DNA from: Lachnospiraceae bacterium
Lineage (GTDB): Bacteria; Bacillota; Clostridia; Lachnospirales; Lachnospiraceae
Reading direction: 5' to 3'
NCBI GenBank assembly: GCA_045122895.1
Contig: JBGVIE010000008.1
Coordinates: 7,602-71,601, forward strand
Length of the DNA: 64,000 nt
The translations under genes and the position numbers were made by a program. The notes under the pieces were generated by a model, which saw only the letters and a list, made by a program, of their open reading frames with translations, was not told the DNA's origin and ran no database searches. Positions 27,902 through 37,506 of the stretch are shown one piece after another (within the stretch, counting starts at the first letter, position 1; each line of letters begins with the position of its first letter).

Positions 27902-28522
27902 ATGAATGACGATGTTTATATAAAATTAAATCAGAATTCCTTCGTAAGTAAGAATGATATTTTCATAAAAGACATTGCTGATGTTTTTACTTCAAATTCC
28001 TCACTTAAAAACAAAATATGTGCTTTAAAGATTTACTCCTTAAAATCTTCAAAAGATATACATGTTGTATCTATTTTGGATGTAATTGAATGCATTTTGT
28101 CCTCATATCCAAACGTGACAGTAAACAGCATTGGCGAAATGGATTGTGTAATAAGACAAAAATCAAAGATAAACAAATACACAAAAATAATAGAATATAC
28201 AAAAGTTGCTGCTCTATGTGTTATTATATTCTTTGGTGCTGCCTTTGCAATTATGACTTTTAATACTGACGTAAATACAAGAGACTTATTCGGAAAGCTT
28301 TATTATCAGTTCACCGGAAAACAGTCAAATGGTTTTACAATAATCGAAATAAGTTATTCAATTGGACTGGCTGTAGGTATCCTTGTATTTTATAACCACT
28401 TCAGTAATAAAAAAGCTTCAAAAGACCCTACTCCTCTTCAGGTGGAGATGATTAAATATGACAAAGATATTGCTAATGCATTAAAAGACAAAAAAAATCC
28501 CCCTTTACCGAACAATCGATAA
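27902..28522 (+). CDS. spoVAA: stage V sporulation protein AA
   Basis: 206 aa. A soluble N-domain, then FNTDVNTRDLF...ISYSIGLAVGILVFYNHF...PTPLQVEM, which parallels the Bacillus SpoVAA C-half as I remember it. Confidence 0.75.
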   Translation: MNDDVYIKLNQNSFVSKNDIFIKDIADVFTSNSSLKNKICALKIYSLKSSKDIHVVSILDVIECILSSYPNVTVNSIGEMDCVIRQKSKINKYTKIIEYTKVAALCVIIFFGAAFAIMTFNTDVNTRDLFGKLYYQFTGKQSNGFTIIEISYSIGLAVGILVFYNHFSNKKASKDPTPLQVEMIKYDKDIANALKDKKNPPLPNNR

Positions 28523-28530
28523 AAGGGGGC
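28487..28530 (-). terminator. rho-independent terminator of the MCP gene, overlapping the last codons of spoVAA
   Basis: cccccttt (28499-28506) pairs with aaaggggg (28522-28529). The minus-strand hairpin is followed by AUUUUUUUU (complement of the A-run at 28489-28497). Confidence 0.65.
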
Positions 28531-28538
28531 TACATATT

Positions 28539-31016
28539 CTATTCAACCTTGAATATACTTACTGATTCGTCAAGCTCATCAGCATCATTCTTAAGTTTCT
28601 TAACTGCATTGCTAAGATTCTCAACAGCCATCAACTGTCTCTCAGCACTTCTGCTAAGTTCATTTGATGCTGCTTCAGTCTCATTAGATGTAGCTGAAAT
28701 GCTCTCGATAGCTTCCATTGTATCATTCTTAGCATTTTCAATACCGGCAACACTGTCACTGATATTATCAATATCCTTCGCAAGAATATTTACTTTGTTT
28801 CTGATAGTCTTAAATGCTTCAACTGTATTCTCAAGTGCTTCCTCCTGCATCTCAACAATTTCGTCTGCCTTTTCAGCAGTCTGCATTGTCTTAACCATCT
28901 TCTCCTGAATCTGTGCAATTATATCACCAATCTTTGTACCTGCTTCACTTGACTGTTCAGCAAGCTTTCTAATCTGATCAGATACAACTGCAAATCCCTT
29001 TCCTGCCTCACCTGCTCTTGCTGCTTCAATAGATGCATTAAGTGATAAAAGGTTGGTCTCTTCAGCAATATCGTTAATTGTAGCGATAATTCCATATATT
29101 GACTTAGATTCCTTATTAAGTTCACTGATAGCCTGTGTAATATACTTCATTATCTCAGTTGTATCCTGAACCTTTGAATTAAGATCAGAAATAATTACCA
29201 TACCATTATCAATAACTTCCTGTGTAGAGGCTGTTATCTCATTAATCTCATTAGTACTACGATGTACTGCTGTAATCTTGTCTGCAAGGTTACCCATCTG
29301 GTCTAAACAGTTCTCGGTATCCTCTGACTGATGTGTAATACCCGCATCAATATAGGAAACAGCTTCCTTGATGCTTCTTGTTGCTTCCAGAAGTAAATCT
29401 GATGTCTCATCAACCTCAAAGGCTGATTCAGTAACATTACCACTCACTGCCGTCATCTTAACAATCAACTTCTTCATACTATCAATCATATTAAGAATAT
29501 TAAACGAAAGAATTCTAAATTCATCACGTCTCTTCATGGCAATTGTACCTGTAAGATCTCCGTCTGATGTCTTCTTAAGCACCTTGTTAACAGTACCAAG
29601 TGATTTAGACATACCTGTCGAAATAATGGAACCTACCACTATAGCAATAACACAACATAATAAAATAGCAATCAACGTGTAATCAAGGATAACCTTAGCA
29701 CCTGCTAACATCTCATTCTGTGGAACCAGCGCACATACCATTGCTCCTGACTTTGGCTCCTTTGTGTAAGAGAAGAAATACTTCTTGCCCTTATATGTAA
29801 CATACTTATGTCCTGAATCTTTTCCGCTATTAACAGCAGCCTGATAAAATGCCTTGTCAGAAAATGTCATTGTATCGCTTCCACTTATAACCTCTGCTCC
29901 TTCACCAGCTACAAAACCTTTAATACAGCTCTTGCTGATGTCCGCTTCATCAAGGATATCCTGAACAAAACTCTTCTTAACATCTACAATAATGTATCCT
30001 ACAAGCTTATTCCTGTTATTAAGTAGTGGCTTAACATATGCAATTGCATATTCATTAGGATTGAAGCCTGTATCATTATCAATTGTAGGGTGTGACTTAA
30101 TCCATAAATCGTTAAGGCTTCCGGCTTCAGTTACCTTCTTACCTTCTTCTGAAGCCATAAAGTTGTCATACACAGAACCTGTCTTAATGCCCTCGTCTGT
30201 ACAAACGTCAGCCTTAGGTGAAATAATCATAATATGTCTGACGTACAAATCTGCAGTAGCTTCATTGGATATCGTAAGCTTAACATCCATAAGGTCTGAT
30301 TCTGTTGTATCAATTACACCTACTGATGTATAGTAGCTTTCGATATTACCATTTACCATAAGCCTTGTACCCATAAGCTCAATAGAATCAAAACCAAGTT
30401 CTAAATACTGTTCCAATGTAGCAACACTACTGTTTGCTGCTGTCTCGTAAGAATTCGTAAGCGCCTTGCTACTCTTTGAGTAAATCTGTGTACTTGCAAT
30501 GATAAATAATATAACCGGTACTAAGAAAGCCACAATAAGCTTACTCCTTATTCCACGGTACCAGGATGTTTTTCCCTTTTTAAAAGCTTCCTGCATCGCT
30601 TGCTTTCTCTTCTCTGATTCTTCCTTATCTGTGTAGCTCTTAATAAGCTTGATCACCAGTTTTACAAGCTTTACGGCACCTGTGCCAATCATTATTCCAA
30701 GCTTCTTAAGAAAGACTAGCACACCTTTTAGTCTATTACCCTTTTGACCCGAATCCTTTGGTATCTTCACCTTCTTCTCCTTTGGAGGCTTTGGAGACTT
30801 CGGCTCCTTCACCTTCTTCTCCTTCGGAGGCTTTGGCTCCTTCACTTTCTTCTCTTTAGTATTCTTTCCAAAAAGCTTCTTCTTCTCTTTCTCACTATTC
30901 TGCCGTACTTCGTCATCAATTAATACTTTATCCGCTGTACCCGCATCATCTAGTGTTGTAACATCGTTATTGTAATCTTTAATATCATCACGTATCATCT
31001 GTTGCACCACCTTCAT
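28539..31016 (-). CDS. methyl-accepting chemotaxis protein (Lys/Pro-rich N-extension, TM, Cache-like sensor, TM, HAMP, MA domain)
   Basis: The C-terminal signalling domain has the highly conserved hairpin [37 protein letters not shown]. Two TM segments flank a periplasmic domain of about 270 aa. Confidence 0.9.
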   Translation of the reverse strand: MKVVQQMIRDDIKDYNNDVTTLDDAGTADKVLIDDEVRQNSEKEKKKLFGKNTKEKKVKEPKPPKEKKVKEPKSPKPPKEKKVKIPKDSGQKGNRLKGVLVFLKKLGIMIGTGAVKLVKLVIKLIKSYTDKEESEKRKQAMQEAFKKGKTSWYRGIRSKLIVAFLVPVILFIIASTQIYSKSSKALTNSYETAANSSVATLEQYLELGFDSIELMGTRLMVNGNIESYYTSVGVIDTTESDLMDVKLTISNEATADLYVRHIMIISPKADVCTDEGIKTGSVYDNFMASEEGKKVTEAGSLNDLWIKSHPTIDNDTGFNPNEYAIAYVKPLLNNRNKLVGYIIVDVKKSFVQDILDEADISKSCIKGFVAGEGAEVISGSDTMTFSDKAFYQAAVNSGKDSGHKYVTYKGKKYFFSYTKEPKSGAMVCALVPQNEMLAGAKVILDYTLIAILLCCVIAIVVGSIISTGMSKSLGTVNKVLKKTSDGDLTGTIAMKRRDEFRILSFNILNMIDSMKKLIVKMTAVSGNVTESAFEVDETSDLLLEATRSIKEAVSYIDAGITHQSEDTENCLDQMGNLADKITAVHRSTNEINEITASTQEVIDNGMVIISDLNSKVQDTTEIMKYITQAISELNKESKSIYGIIATINDIAEETNLLSLNASIEAARAGEAGKGFAVVSDQIRKLAEQSSEAGTKIGDIIAQIQEKMVKTMQTAEKADEIVEMQEEALENTVEAFKTIRNKVNILAKDIDNISDSVAGIENAKNDTMEAIESISATSNETEAASNELSRSAERQLMAVENLSNAVKKLKNDADELDESVSIFKVE
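30764..30856. repeat. in-frame tandem repeat inside the MCP gene (encodes KEKKVKEPK(S)PKPP units)
   Basis: The unit ccttcaccttcttctcctt[t/c]ggaggctttgg recurs at 30764, 30806 and, truncated, at 30839. Confidence 0.7.
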
Positions 31017-31128
31017 TTTAATAGTTCAATTATACTATATCCTCTATAGATATTCTAGTATTATTTTGTATATTTTTCACAGTATTTTCTCGTAACTGTT
31101 AAAAACCAAGCATTTTTTTTAATATCTA

Positions 31129-31157
31129 TTGACATATGTTATCTTATGCTTTATGAT
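31129..31157 (+). promoter_or_regulatory. sigma-A-type promoter for the hemolysin-III gene
   Basis: TTGACA (31129-31134), 17-nt spacer, TATGAT (31152-31157). Confidence 0.55.
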
Positions 31158-31213
31158 GTAGTTATTAAAACTAGATTAGATAGTCTGGTATATTTCGAAA
31201 GGTGGTTATAAGT

Positions 31214-31924
31214 ATGGATTGTCAGTTACATCATTCTAATTTAGATTTACATTCAGATAAAAAAAGTCTTGGAAGATTAAATAGAATTCCAATTCCTTCA
31301 TATACATTAGGAGAAGAATTAATAAGCTCAATTTCACACGGTGTTGGTGCACTACTTGGTATTGTCGCATTGTCATTGTGTCTGACAAGAGCAGCAGCAC
31401 ATGATAACACACCTGGATTAGTCAGCAGTTCTATATTTGGTGCTTCGATAATTATTCTGTATTCAATGTCATGTATATACCATGCGCTTGTTCCTTCTAC
31501 AGCTAAGAAGGTTATGAGGATTTTTGATCACTGCACTATTTTCTTACTTATAGCAGGAACATATACACCATTTACATTAGTATCGCTAAAGGATTCAGTT
31601 GGTCCTGATCTTTTCTCTATAATATGGGGATGTGCTATTATCGGAATCATTCTTAACATAATTGATATGGAACGTTTTAAGATTATTTCAATGATATGCT
31701 ACCTTGCAATGGGTTGGGCAATTATTTTTGCATTTAAGCCACTTATACACTCTGTATCAAAGCCATGTATTACATTTCTTGTTATTGGTGGCATAGCATA
31801 CACAATTGGAGCAGTAATTTACGGAGTAGGAAGCAAAGTAAAATATATGCACTCTGTATGGCATTTCTTTGTACTTGCCGGAACAATATTACATTTCTTC
31901 TCAGTTTATCTATACGTAGTTTAA
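31214..31924 (+). CDS. hemolysin III / PAQR-family membrane protein
   Basis: 7-TM protein with family motifs SHGVGALL...YSMSCIYH...FDHCTIFLLIAGTYTP...HSVWHFFVL. Start set at ATG 31214. Confidence 0.85.
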   Translation: MDCQLHHSNLDLHSDKKSLGRLNRIPIPSYTLGEELISSISHGVGALLGIVALSLCLTRAAAHDNTPGLVSSSIFGASIIILYSMSCIYHALVPSTAKKVMRIFDHCTIFLLIAGTYTPFTLVSLKDSVGPDLFSIIWGCAIIGIILNIIDMERFKIISMICYLAMGWAIIFAFKPLIHSVSKPCITFLVIGGIAYTIGAVIYGVGSKVKYMHSVWHFFVLAGTILHFFSVYLYVV

Positions 31925-31996
31925 AAAAATGAAGCTTCACGTGGGCTTTGGAGGCAAATAACTCTCTACAAGCCCACAAGTGACAGCTTCATTTTT
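31924..31996. terminator. bidirectional terminator (long hairpin) between the hemolysin-III gene and the convergent transglutaminase-like gene
   Basis: aaaaaatgaagct..gtgggctt pairs with aagcccac..agcttcattttt. There are A/T runs on both sides. Confidence 0.75.
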
Positions 31997-32008
31997 CTTT
32001 ATGTGTTA

Positions 32009-33418
32009 TCAATTGTATGCCAAATCTGTAATACTTACTCTGACCTTCTTACCAACATTTGTCTGGCTGAAAGCTTTTTTTACTTTAGTCAGTTCATCTG
32101 GCAGCATATATTTTTTATACAATACAATATTTTTTATGCTTGAATTTTTCAAACAGTTCTTAACGCTTTTCTCGTTCAAATATGAATCCCAAAGATGTAT
32201 CTTTTTTACCTTTGATGATCTTTTAAATGCATTTTGAGAAATACCAACAACATTATACTTTTTGTTTTTCCATTTTATGTCCTCCCATACTGTATAATCC
32301 GAAGTTCTTCCTTCCACATCATACAGATAAACTTTGTTTTTCCCTACAATTTTGTATATCGACGACTCTTCATCATAATCCATAGCTATATACGAACCAC
32401 CACATGAATATCCATACCACACCTGCATAGCTAAATGAGTCTGTCCGAATAACTCCGGTGATACTTCATAATAAGTATAAGTTGCAGGCATTCCCTTGAC
32501 GTTTCTGCTGTCTCTTCTGCCGTAATACTTATTAGTGCAATCCCAACACGCATCTATGTATTTCCATTTTCCACCGACATATACTGCATTCCATGCATGG
32601 CCGTCAGTGTATGTTTTTCCGGATTCTAAATCAGTACCTGCATAACCGAGAATATACACGCAAGGAATTCCTTCTATTCCCAAAAATGCATTCATAAGCT
32701 GTGCATAACCACCACACACTGCACGCTTATTTTTATATACCTTGTAAATATCATTTCCGGGACCTATGTTAGGTGAGTTGTATACGCCGGAATAATCATA
32801 CTGAATATTTTTACATATCCAGTCATGGATTGCCTTTACCTTCTGTTCATCGCTCTTACATCCCTTAACAATCTTCTTCACCCTGGATTTCATCGACTTA
32901 AGTGTAGAAGCCTTTATATAAGCAGGAGCCCCCTTAAAAACATTCTTATTGACTTTATTTAATGAAGATAAAAATTCTTTTTCTGATTTACCTGCTCCCG
33001 AATAAAACTTCGCAGTTCCATTTGTAATTTTAACTTTACATGAATTTTGCACCTGAAATCTGCTTTTTGAGCTTTTTTTGTACCAGGCATATATACAGGC
33101 TATGTTGTTATAATGATTCGATATATTATGTGTGACTGTAGCCCTATGATTTTGTATTTTTACATAGTCGCTTGATCCACAATTTTCACAACCAAACCAT
33201 AACTCAGAGCCATTTGGTGCATCCGGTTTGTAGACACTACAAGTCACTTTACCCCTTGAACAGGTAATGTTCCATCTTGTTCCGTTTGGATCCTTCCTGG
33301 TAATTCTGGTAATACTGGTTCCCTTTGCTGTTTTACTTAATGCATATGCGTCCAGTGGGTTCATCACCACAAGCACAAAACACATCAAAATAATTAATAA
33401 CCTCTTCATTTGCTTCAT
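32009..33418 (-). CDS. secreted transglutaminase-like cysteine protease-fold protein with Cys-rich N-region and LRR-like C-terminus
   Basis: Signal peptide (LIILMCFVLVVMNPLDAYA). Transglutaminase core triad context: AVCGGYAQL, DGHAWNAVY, YIDACWD. The C-terminal ~90 aa look like BspA-type leucine-rich repeats. Confidence 0.8.
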   Translation of the reverse strand: MKQMKRLLIILMCFVLVVMNPLDAYALSKTAKGTSITRITRKDPNGTRWNITCSRGKVTCSVYKPDAPNGSELWFGCENCGSSDYVKIQNHRATVTHNISNHYNNIACIYAWYKKSSKSRFQVQNSCKVKITNGTAKFYSGAGKSEKEFLSSLNKVNKNVFKGAPAYIKASTLKSMKSRVKKIVKGCKSDEQKVKAIHDWICKNIQYDYSGVYNSPNIGPGNDIYKVYKNKRAVCGGYAQLMNAFLGIEGIPCVYILGYAGTDLESGKTYTDGHAWNAVYVGGKWKYIDACWDCTNKYYGRRDSRNVKGMPATYTYYEVSPELFGQTHLAMQVWYGYSCGGSYIAMDYDEESSIYKIVGKNKVYLYDVEGRTSDYTVWEDIKWKNKKYNVVGISQNAFKRSSKVKKIHLWDSYLNEKSVKNCLKNSSIKNIVLYKKYMLPDELTKVKKAFSQTNVGKKVRVSITDLAYN

Positions 33419-34362
33419 ATTTTTTTCTCTCCTCCAACTCTATTTGTCGTCATATTTATTATAATAATTCCGGCACTTACAAGTACCAGAGCCATAACAC
33501 TTACAAACACTCCTATTTGGCTGTCTTCACTCAGCAAAATACTACTTAGTATAACTCCAAACACCGGGTTCATAAAGCCGTAAACTGCCACTTTTGACAC
33601 CTGATTGTACTTTAACAATATGCTCCAGAGTGTATATGCTGCGGCCGATATAAATGCCAGATATAGAAGAACAAGAATCCCCTTAATATTGAATCCGTCA
33701 ATATGTCCTCCCATCACTGCACCTGCCACAGTCATCACAAATCCACCAAACAGAAACTGATACCCACTAAGCATAACCGTATTTTCTTCCTTTGAATAAT
33801 ACTTTATAATTCCTGAAGAAAAAGCGTATGCAACAGTTGATATAAGTATAAAACCTTCACCAGTGAATCTGAAAGAAAGATCAAATCCTTTTCCCCATAT
33901 ATTCACAAGAACAACCCCTGCAAAGCCTACAATACAACCCAACATCTTCCTCATTGTAAGCTCTTCCTGTCTAAACACATACACTGCAACCAAAATTGCA
34001 ATAAACACGTTTGCACCTTCAATAATTGAAGCCTTCACACCTGTTGTATTTGCAAGTCCAATGTAAAAAAAGAAATACTGGAGTATCGTCTGAAAAAGAC
34101 TAAGTACTGCTACTCTTTTTATCGTTCTCCCCCTTGGCACCACTATACTCCTGCTACTTATACATGCGTATGCAATAACCATAAGTCCTGCAATCATAAA
34201 TCTTATACCTGCAAATAACACCTGTGTTTCTCTATCTGACGCTGATATATCAAAAAGCTTGTACCCTATTTTGATAAAAGGAAATGCACTTCCCCAAAGA
34301 AAACAGCTTATCATTGCACATATACAGACTACAACACTATTAGCCAAATTAATTCTCTTCAT
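33415..34362 (-). CDS. EamA/DMT-family transporter
   Basis: 10-TM protein with a duplicated EamA pattern. Its stop overlaps the downstream ATG by 4 nt. Confidence 0.85.
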   Translation of the reverse strand: MKRINLANSVVVCICAMISCFLWGSAFPFIKIGYKLFDISASDRETQVLFAGIRFMIAGLMVIAYACISSRSIVVPRGRTIKRVAVLSLFQTILQYFFFYIGLANTTGVKASIIEGANVFIAILVAVYVFRQEELTMRKMLGCIVGFAGVVLVNIWGKGFDLSFRFTGEGFILISTVAYAFSSGIIKYYSKEENTVMLSGYQFLFGGFVMTVAGAVMGGHIDGFNIKGILVLLYLAFISAAAYTLWSILLKYNQVSKVAVYGFMNPVFGVILSSILLSEDSQIGVFVSVMALVLVSAGIIIINMTTNRVGGEKKI

Positions 34363-34424
34363 AAAAATAAAACCTCTTTATGTAATTTGAATATATCTTA
34401 TCATCAATGTAATTATTTTACAAC

Positions 34425-35147
34425 TTACCTTGCTGCTTCTTCTCTCATTTTGAGTAAAATCTTTTTCTCCATCCTACTGACTTTTACCTGACTTATGTTA
34501 AGAATATTTGCAACCTCACTTTGTGTCATCTCCCGGAAATATCTAAGCACAATAATTTTTCTCTGCTCCTCATCAAGATTTTCTATTAACTGTTTTAGAA
34601 GCATTTTATCAAGCACATCACTAAACCCTGCTTTACTGCCCGGATTTCCTATTTTGTCAAGCAGGTACATCTCATCTCCATCACCTGTATTAACCGATTT
34701 GTAAATAGATTCGACATCCTTGTTAGCTTCCAGAGCTACAACAACTTCTTCTACCGGCATCAACAGTGCTTCTGCTATTTCACTAACCTTCGCTTCTCTT
34801 CCATATTCATTTGAAAGCCTGTCTGCCGTTTTTCTTATCTTATATCCATTTTCTTTAAGACTTCTGCTTACCTTTATCATTCCATCATCTCTAAGGAATC
34901 GCTTTATTTCACCTGTAATTAATGCAACAGCATATGTAGAAAATTGTACATCATAATCCAAATCAAACTTGTCTACTGCCTTAATCAGACCAATACAACC
35001 TATTTGAAACAAATCCTGTAAATCGTATCCTCTGTTTGTAAACCTTTTTACTGCGCACCACACAAGCCCCATATTTTCTCTTATTAACGTATCTCTTGCA
35101 GCTTTATCTCCTTCATGTGCAAGCTTAATAAGATTTGAAGTTTCCAT
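34425..35147 (-). CDS. sigF: sporulation sigma factor SigF
   Basis: Sigma-70 regions 2-4 (DLFQIGCIGLIKAVDKFD, FSTYAVALITGEIKRFLRD). Immediately downstream of spoIIAA-spoIIAB. Confidence 0.9.
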   Translation of the reverse strand: METSNLIKLAHEGDKAARDTLIRENMGLVWCAVKRFTNRGYDLQDLFQIGCIGLIKAVDKFDLDYDVQFSTYAVALITGEIKRFLRDDGMIKVSRSLKENGYKIRKTADRLSNEYGREAKVSEIAEALLMPVEEVVVALEANKDVESIYKSVNTGDGDEMYLLDKIGNPGSKAGFSDVLDKMLLKQLIENLDEEQRKIIVLRYFREMTQSEVANILNISQVKVSRMEKKILLKMREEAAR

Positions 35148-35158
35148 TTTTACCCCTT

Positions 35159-35581
35159 TTACCTCGGAATCATTTTTTTCATTGTTACCTTTGTACCTTC
35201 GCCCGGTTTAGATTCCACCTTTAATTCATCCATAAAAATCTCCATAAACACAAAGCCCATTCCAGATCTTTCATCTTCCGGTCTTGTTGTGTACATTGGC
35301 TCCATTGCCTTATCTACATCCTCTATTCCAACACCTTTATCTTCTATCTCTATAATCACCATATTTCCATCTATATCTATATCCATAGCTACAATTCCTT
35401 CCCCATTTTTGTACCCGTGAATAACTGCGTTAGTAACTGCTTCTGAAACAGCAGTCTTGATATCATTTAACTGTTCTATAGTGGGATTAAGTCTGGCAGT
35501 AATCGATGATACCACCACTCTTGCCAGACTTTCATTCTCCGATACTGCATCAAATTCAATATGAACCATTCTTTTATTCAT
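35159..35581 (-). CDS. spoIIAB: anti-sigma F factor (serine kinase) SpoIIAB
   Basis: Start set at MNKRMVHIEF (ATG 35581), overlapping the spoIIAA stop. SENESLARVVV...SEAVTNAVIHGY...DKGVGI...ERSGMGF are GHKL/SpoIIAB motifs. Confidence 0.9.
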   Translation of the reverse strand: MNKRMVHIEFDAVSENESLARVVVSSITARLNPTIEQLNDIKTAVSEAVTNAVIHGYKNGEGIVAMDIDIDGNMVIIEIEDKGVGIEDVDKAMEPMYTTRPEDERSGMGFVFMEIFMDELKVESKPGEGTKVTMKKMIPR

Positions 35582-35921
35582 TTTCCTCACCTCCATAAGC
35601 TTTAATTGCCTCCTGTCTAGTTTCGAATATATCAACTATTTTGTGCAGTCCTGATATAGAAACAATTCGTGATACGCTCTTTCCCTGATTAGTAAGAGCA
35701 ATTTTTCCTCCAAATGACTTAACTATCTTGTATCGTCCCATAATCACTCCAATTCCCGAACTGTCCATAAATTCTGTTTTTGAAAAATCAAATACGACAT
35801 TTTTAGCGCCTGTTGTCATCAGATATCTGTCAACCTTTGTCCGTATTATACTCGCCATATGATGATCTAATTCTTTGTCTACAACAACCACTACACAGTT
35901 TCCATCTGTAAAACATTCCAT
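35574..35921 (-). CDS. spoIIAA: anti-sigma F factor antagonist SpoIIAA (STAS)
   Basis: 115-aa STAS domain with the phosphorylatable-Ser context FMDSSGIGVIMGRY. Confidence 0.9.
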   Translation of the reverse strand: MECFTDGNCVVVVVDKELDHHMASIIRTKVDRYLMTTGAKNVVFDFSKTEFMDSSGIGVIMGRYKIVKSFGGKIALTNQGKSVSRIVSISGLHKIVDIFETRQEAIKAYGGEENE

Positions 35922-35948
35922 ATTCTTTTCTCTCCTCTTTTAATAATC

Positions 35949-35993
35949 AAAAAGTGAGCTCACATCACCAATCAGGTATGTAAACTCACTTTC
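35949..35993 (-). terminator. hairpin plus U-run downstream of the TPR gene, directly upstream of spoIIAA
   Basis: On the minus strand, agtgagtttacat pairs with atgtgagctcact (2 mismatches), followed by UUUUU. Confidence 0.5.
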
Positions 35994-36002
35994 TTCTGTG
36001 TC

Positions 36003-37496
36003 TTATTCTTCTATTTTTCTGGCTGTCAAATCAGCTAAGTAATTTCTGTATTTCTCCAAATCAGTATCTGTTACAGTCTCTATTTTGCTAAGATTCTCAA
36101 TAAGCTTTGTTATAGCTGTAATTCCGCCCTTCTTGCACTTCTCCGCACTTTCAGGCTTTTCGACAACTGTACAATCATATAGCTTAATGTAGGCATTACA
36201 TAACTTATCAGCCGCATCTAAATAATTTATCTTCTCATAATCATATACAAATACAAGATTTAACTCATCTATTGCCTCAAGCCATTTATCCCTTGAATTT
36301 GCCGCAAAATATTTTACCGACGCACTGCTGTATGCATTTTCTGCCGCTTTAGTAAAAGACTCTTCTTTAAGAGTTTTATACATATTATTAAAAGTCTCTG
36401 ATAAACTGTTTTCTTCGTCTATTGTAGACAAAGCCTCTGCACACTTAATATAATCACCTTTATTATACTCGTCTAACGCCTTTAGTACGTTATCATAAGC
36501 ATCCAAAACAGCATCATTTGCGTTATTGGCATCTTTTAACTGACTCTCAATATCCGACTTCTCACCATTAAGTGAATCTATCTGTCGCTGTTTATCCTCT
36601 GCATCTGCAACCACTTCATCGTATTTCGCATTCAGCTGCTTCATCTCAGCATTATGGTCAGCCGTCACTCTCTTAACCTTTGTAGGCGTTATTAAAAAAA
36701 ATGCAGCAGCAGCACCTATTACAAGGCCAATCAGAATATTGACAACCGTTGTTGACGCCTTACTTGCGTCATTATAAGAATTATGGGGTATTATCACGTC
36801 AAATCCACTAAGTTGCTCCTTACCTCCTGCATTTTTCTCTTCAGGAGGTGTAAGAATATTAGTCGTCTTATCAAGTACCTCTTCTATCTCCTTTTGATAC
36901 ATCTTACTTAACGGATTATTTGCATCCACCTTAAGTGCCTTCTTTATCGCTCTCTTAGCTTTTTCATACTGATTATTGTGCATATATAAAAGAGCTAACA
37001 GCTGATGTCCCTTAACTAAGTTAGGATTGACATTAAGCACCTTCTTAAGCTGTATAACTGCAAGGTCATAACTTCCCTGCTCAGCATAACCAAGTGCAAT
37101 ATTGAATTTCTTAATAGTCTGATTTATTGTATCCAACTTATTTGGGTTAGATTGTAAGGTATTAAGATAAGTATCTGCCAGATTCTTCTCCGGCATAATA
37201 TTCTTGCTTATTACCCACTCTGCCATAGCCTGTACTACTTCGCCCATCTCAAAATATACAAGACCAAGTAAATTACGAGCCTTTATATTATGTTTGTTAA
37301 ACTTAACACTTCGTCTAAGCAAATCTACCGCGCCTGACAAATCTCTTTGTTTAGCTTTCATAAGCGCGCTGTTATAGTAAGTATTAGACATCCTTACTAT
37401 CTTCTTATATTCCTTAACGTCCACTCCACAGCTTGTACAGAAATCGTTCTCAGAAAGGACGTTGCCACAATTATAGCATCTCATGTAAAACACCAA
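36003..37496 (-). CDS. zinc-ribbon / TPR / single-TM / extracytoplasmic helical-domain protein
   Basis: N-terminal CxxC..CxxC (RCYNCGN...CTSCG). TPR repeats from about aa 40 to 200. TM segment VVNILIGLVIGAAAAFFLI. Coiled-coil-rich C-half. The start codon is ambiguous (TTG 37496, GTG 37493 or ATG 37484). Confidence 0.75.
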   Translation of the reverse strand: MVFYMRCYNCGNVLSENDFCTSCGVDVKEYKKIVRMSNTYYNSALMKAKQRDLSGAVDLLRRSVKFNKHNIKARNLLGLVYFEMGEVVQAMAEWVISKNIMPEKNLADTYLNTLQSNPNKLDTINQTIKKFNIALGYAEQGSYDLAVIQLKKVLNVNPNLVKGHQLLALLYMHNNQYEKAKRAIKKALKVDANNPLSKMYQKEIEEVLDKTTNILTPPEEKNAGGKEQLSGFDVIIPHNSYNDASKASTTVVNILIGLVIGAAAAFFLITPTKVKRVTADHNAEMKQLNAKYDEVVADAEDKQRQIDSLNGEKSDIESQLKDANNANDAVLDAYDNVLKALDEYNKGDYIKCAEALSTIDEENSLSETFNNMYKTLKEESFTKAAENAYSSASVKYFAANSRDKWLEAIDELNLVFVYDYEKINYLDAADKLCNAYIKLYDCTVVEKPESAEKCKKGGITAITKLIENLSKIETVTDTDLEKYRNYLADLTARKIEE

Positions 37497-37506
37497 AACC
37501 TTTCAA

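Noticed and set aside
35922-36002. Search for a sigma-H-type promoter (RNAGGAWWW-N11/12-RNNGAAT) upstream of spoIIAA.
   Set aside because: No acceptable match. The space is occupied by a terminator-like hairpin, so no promoter is called.
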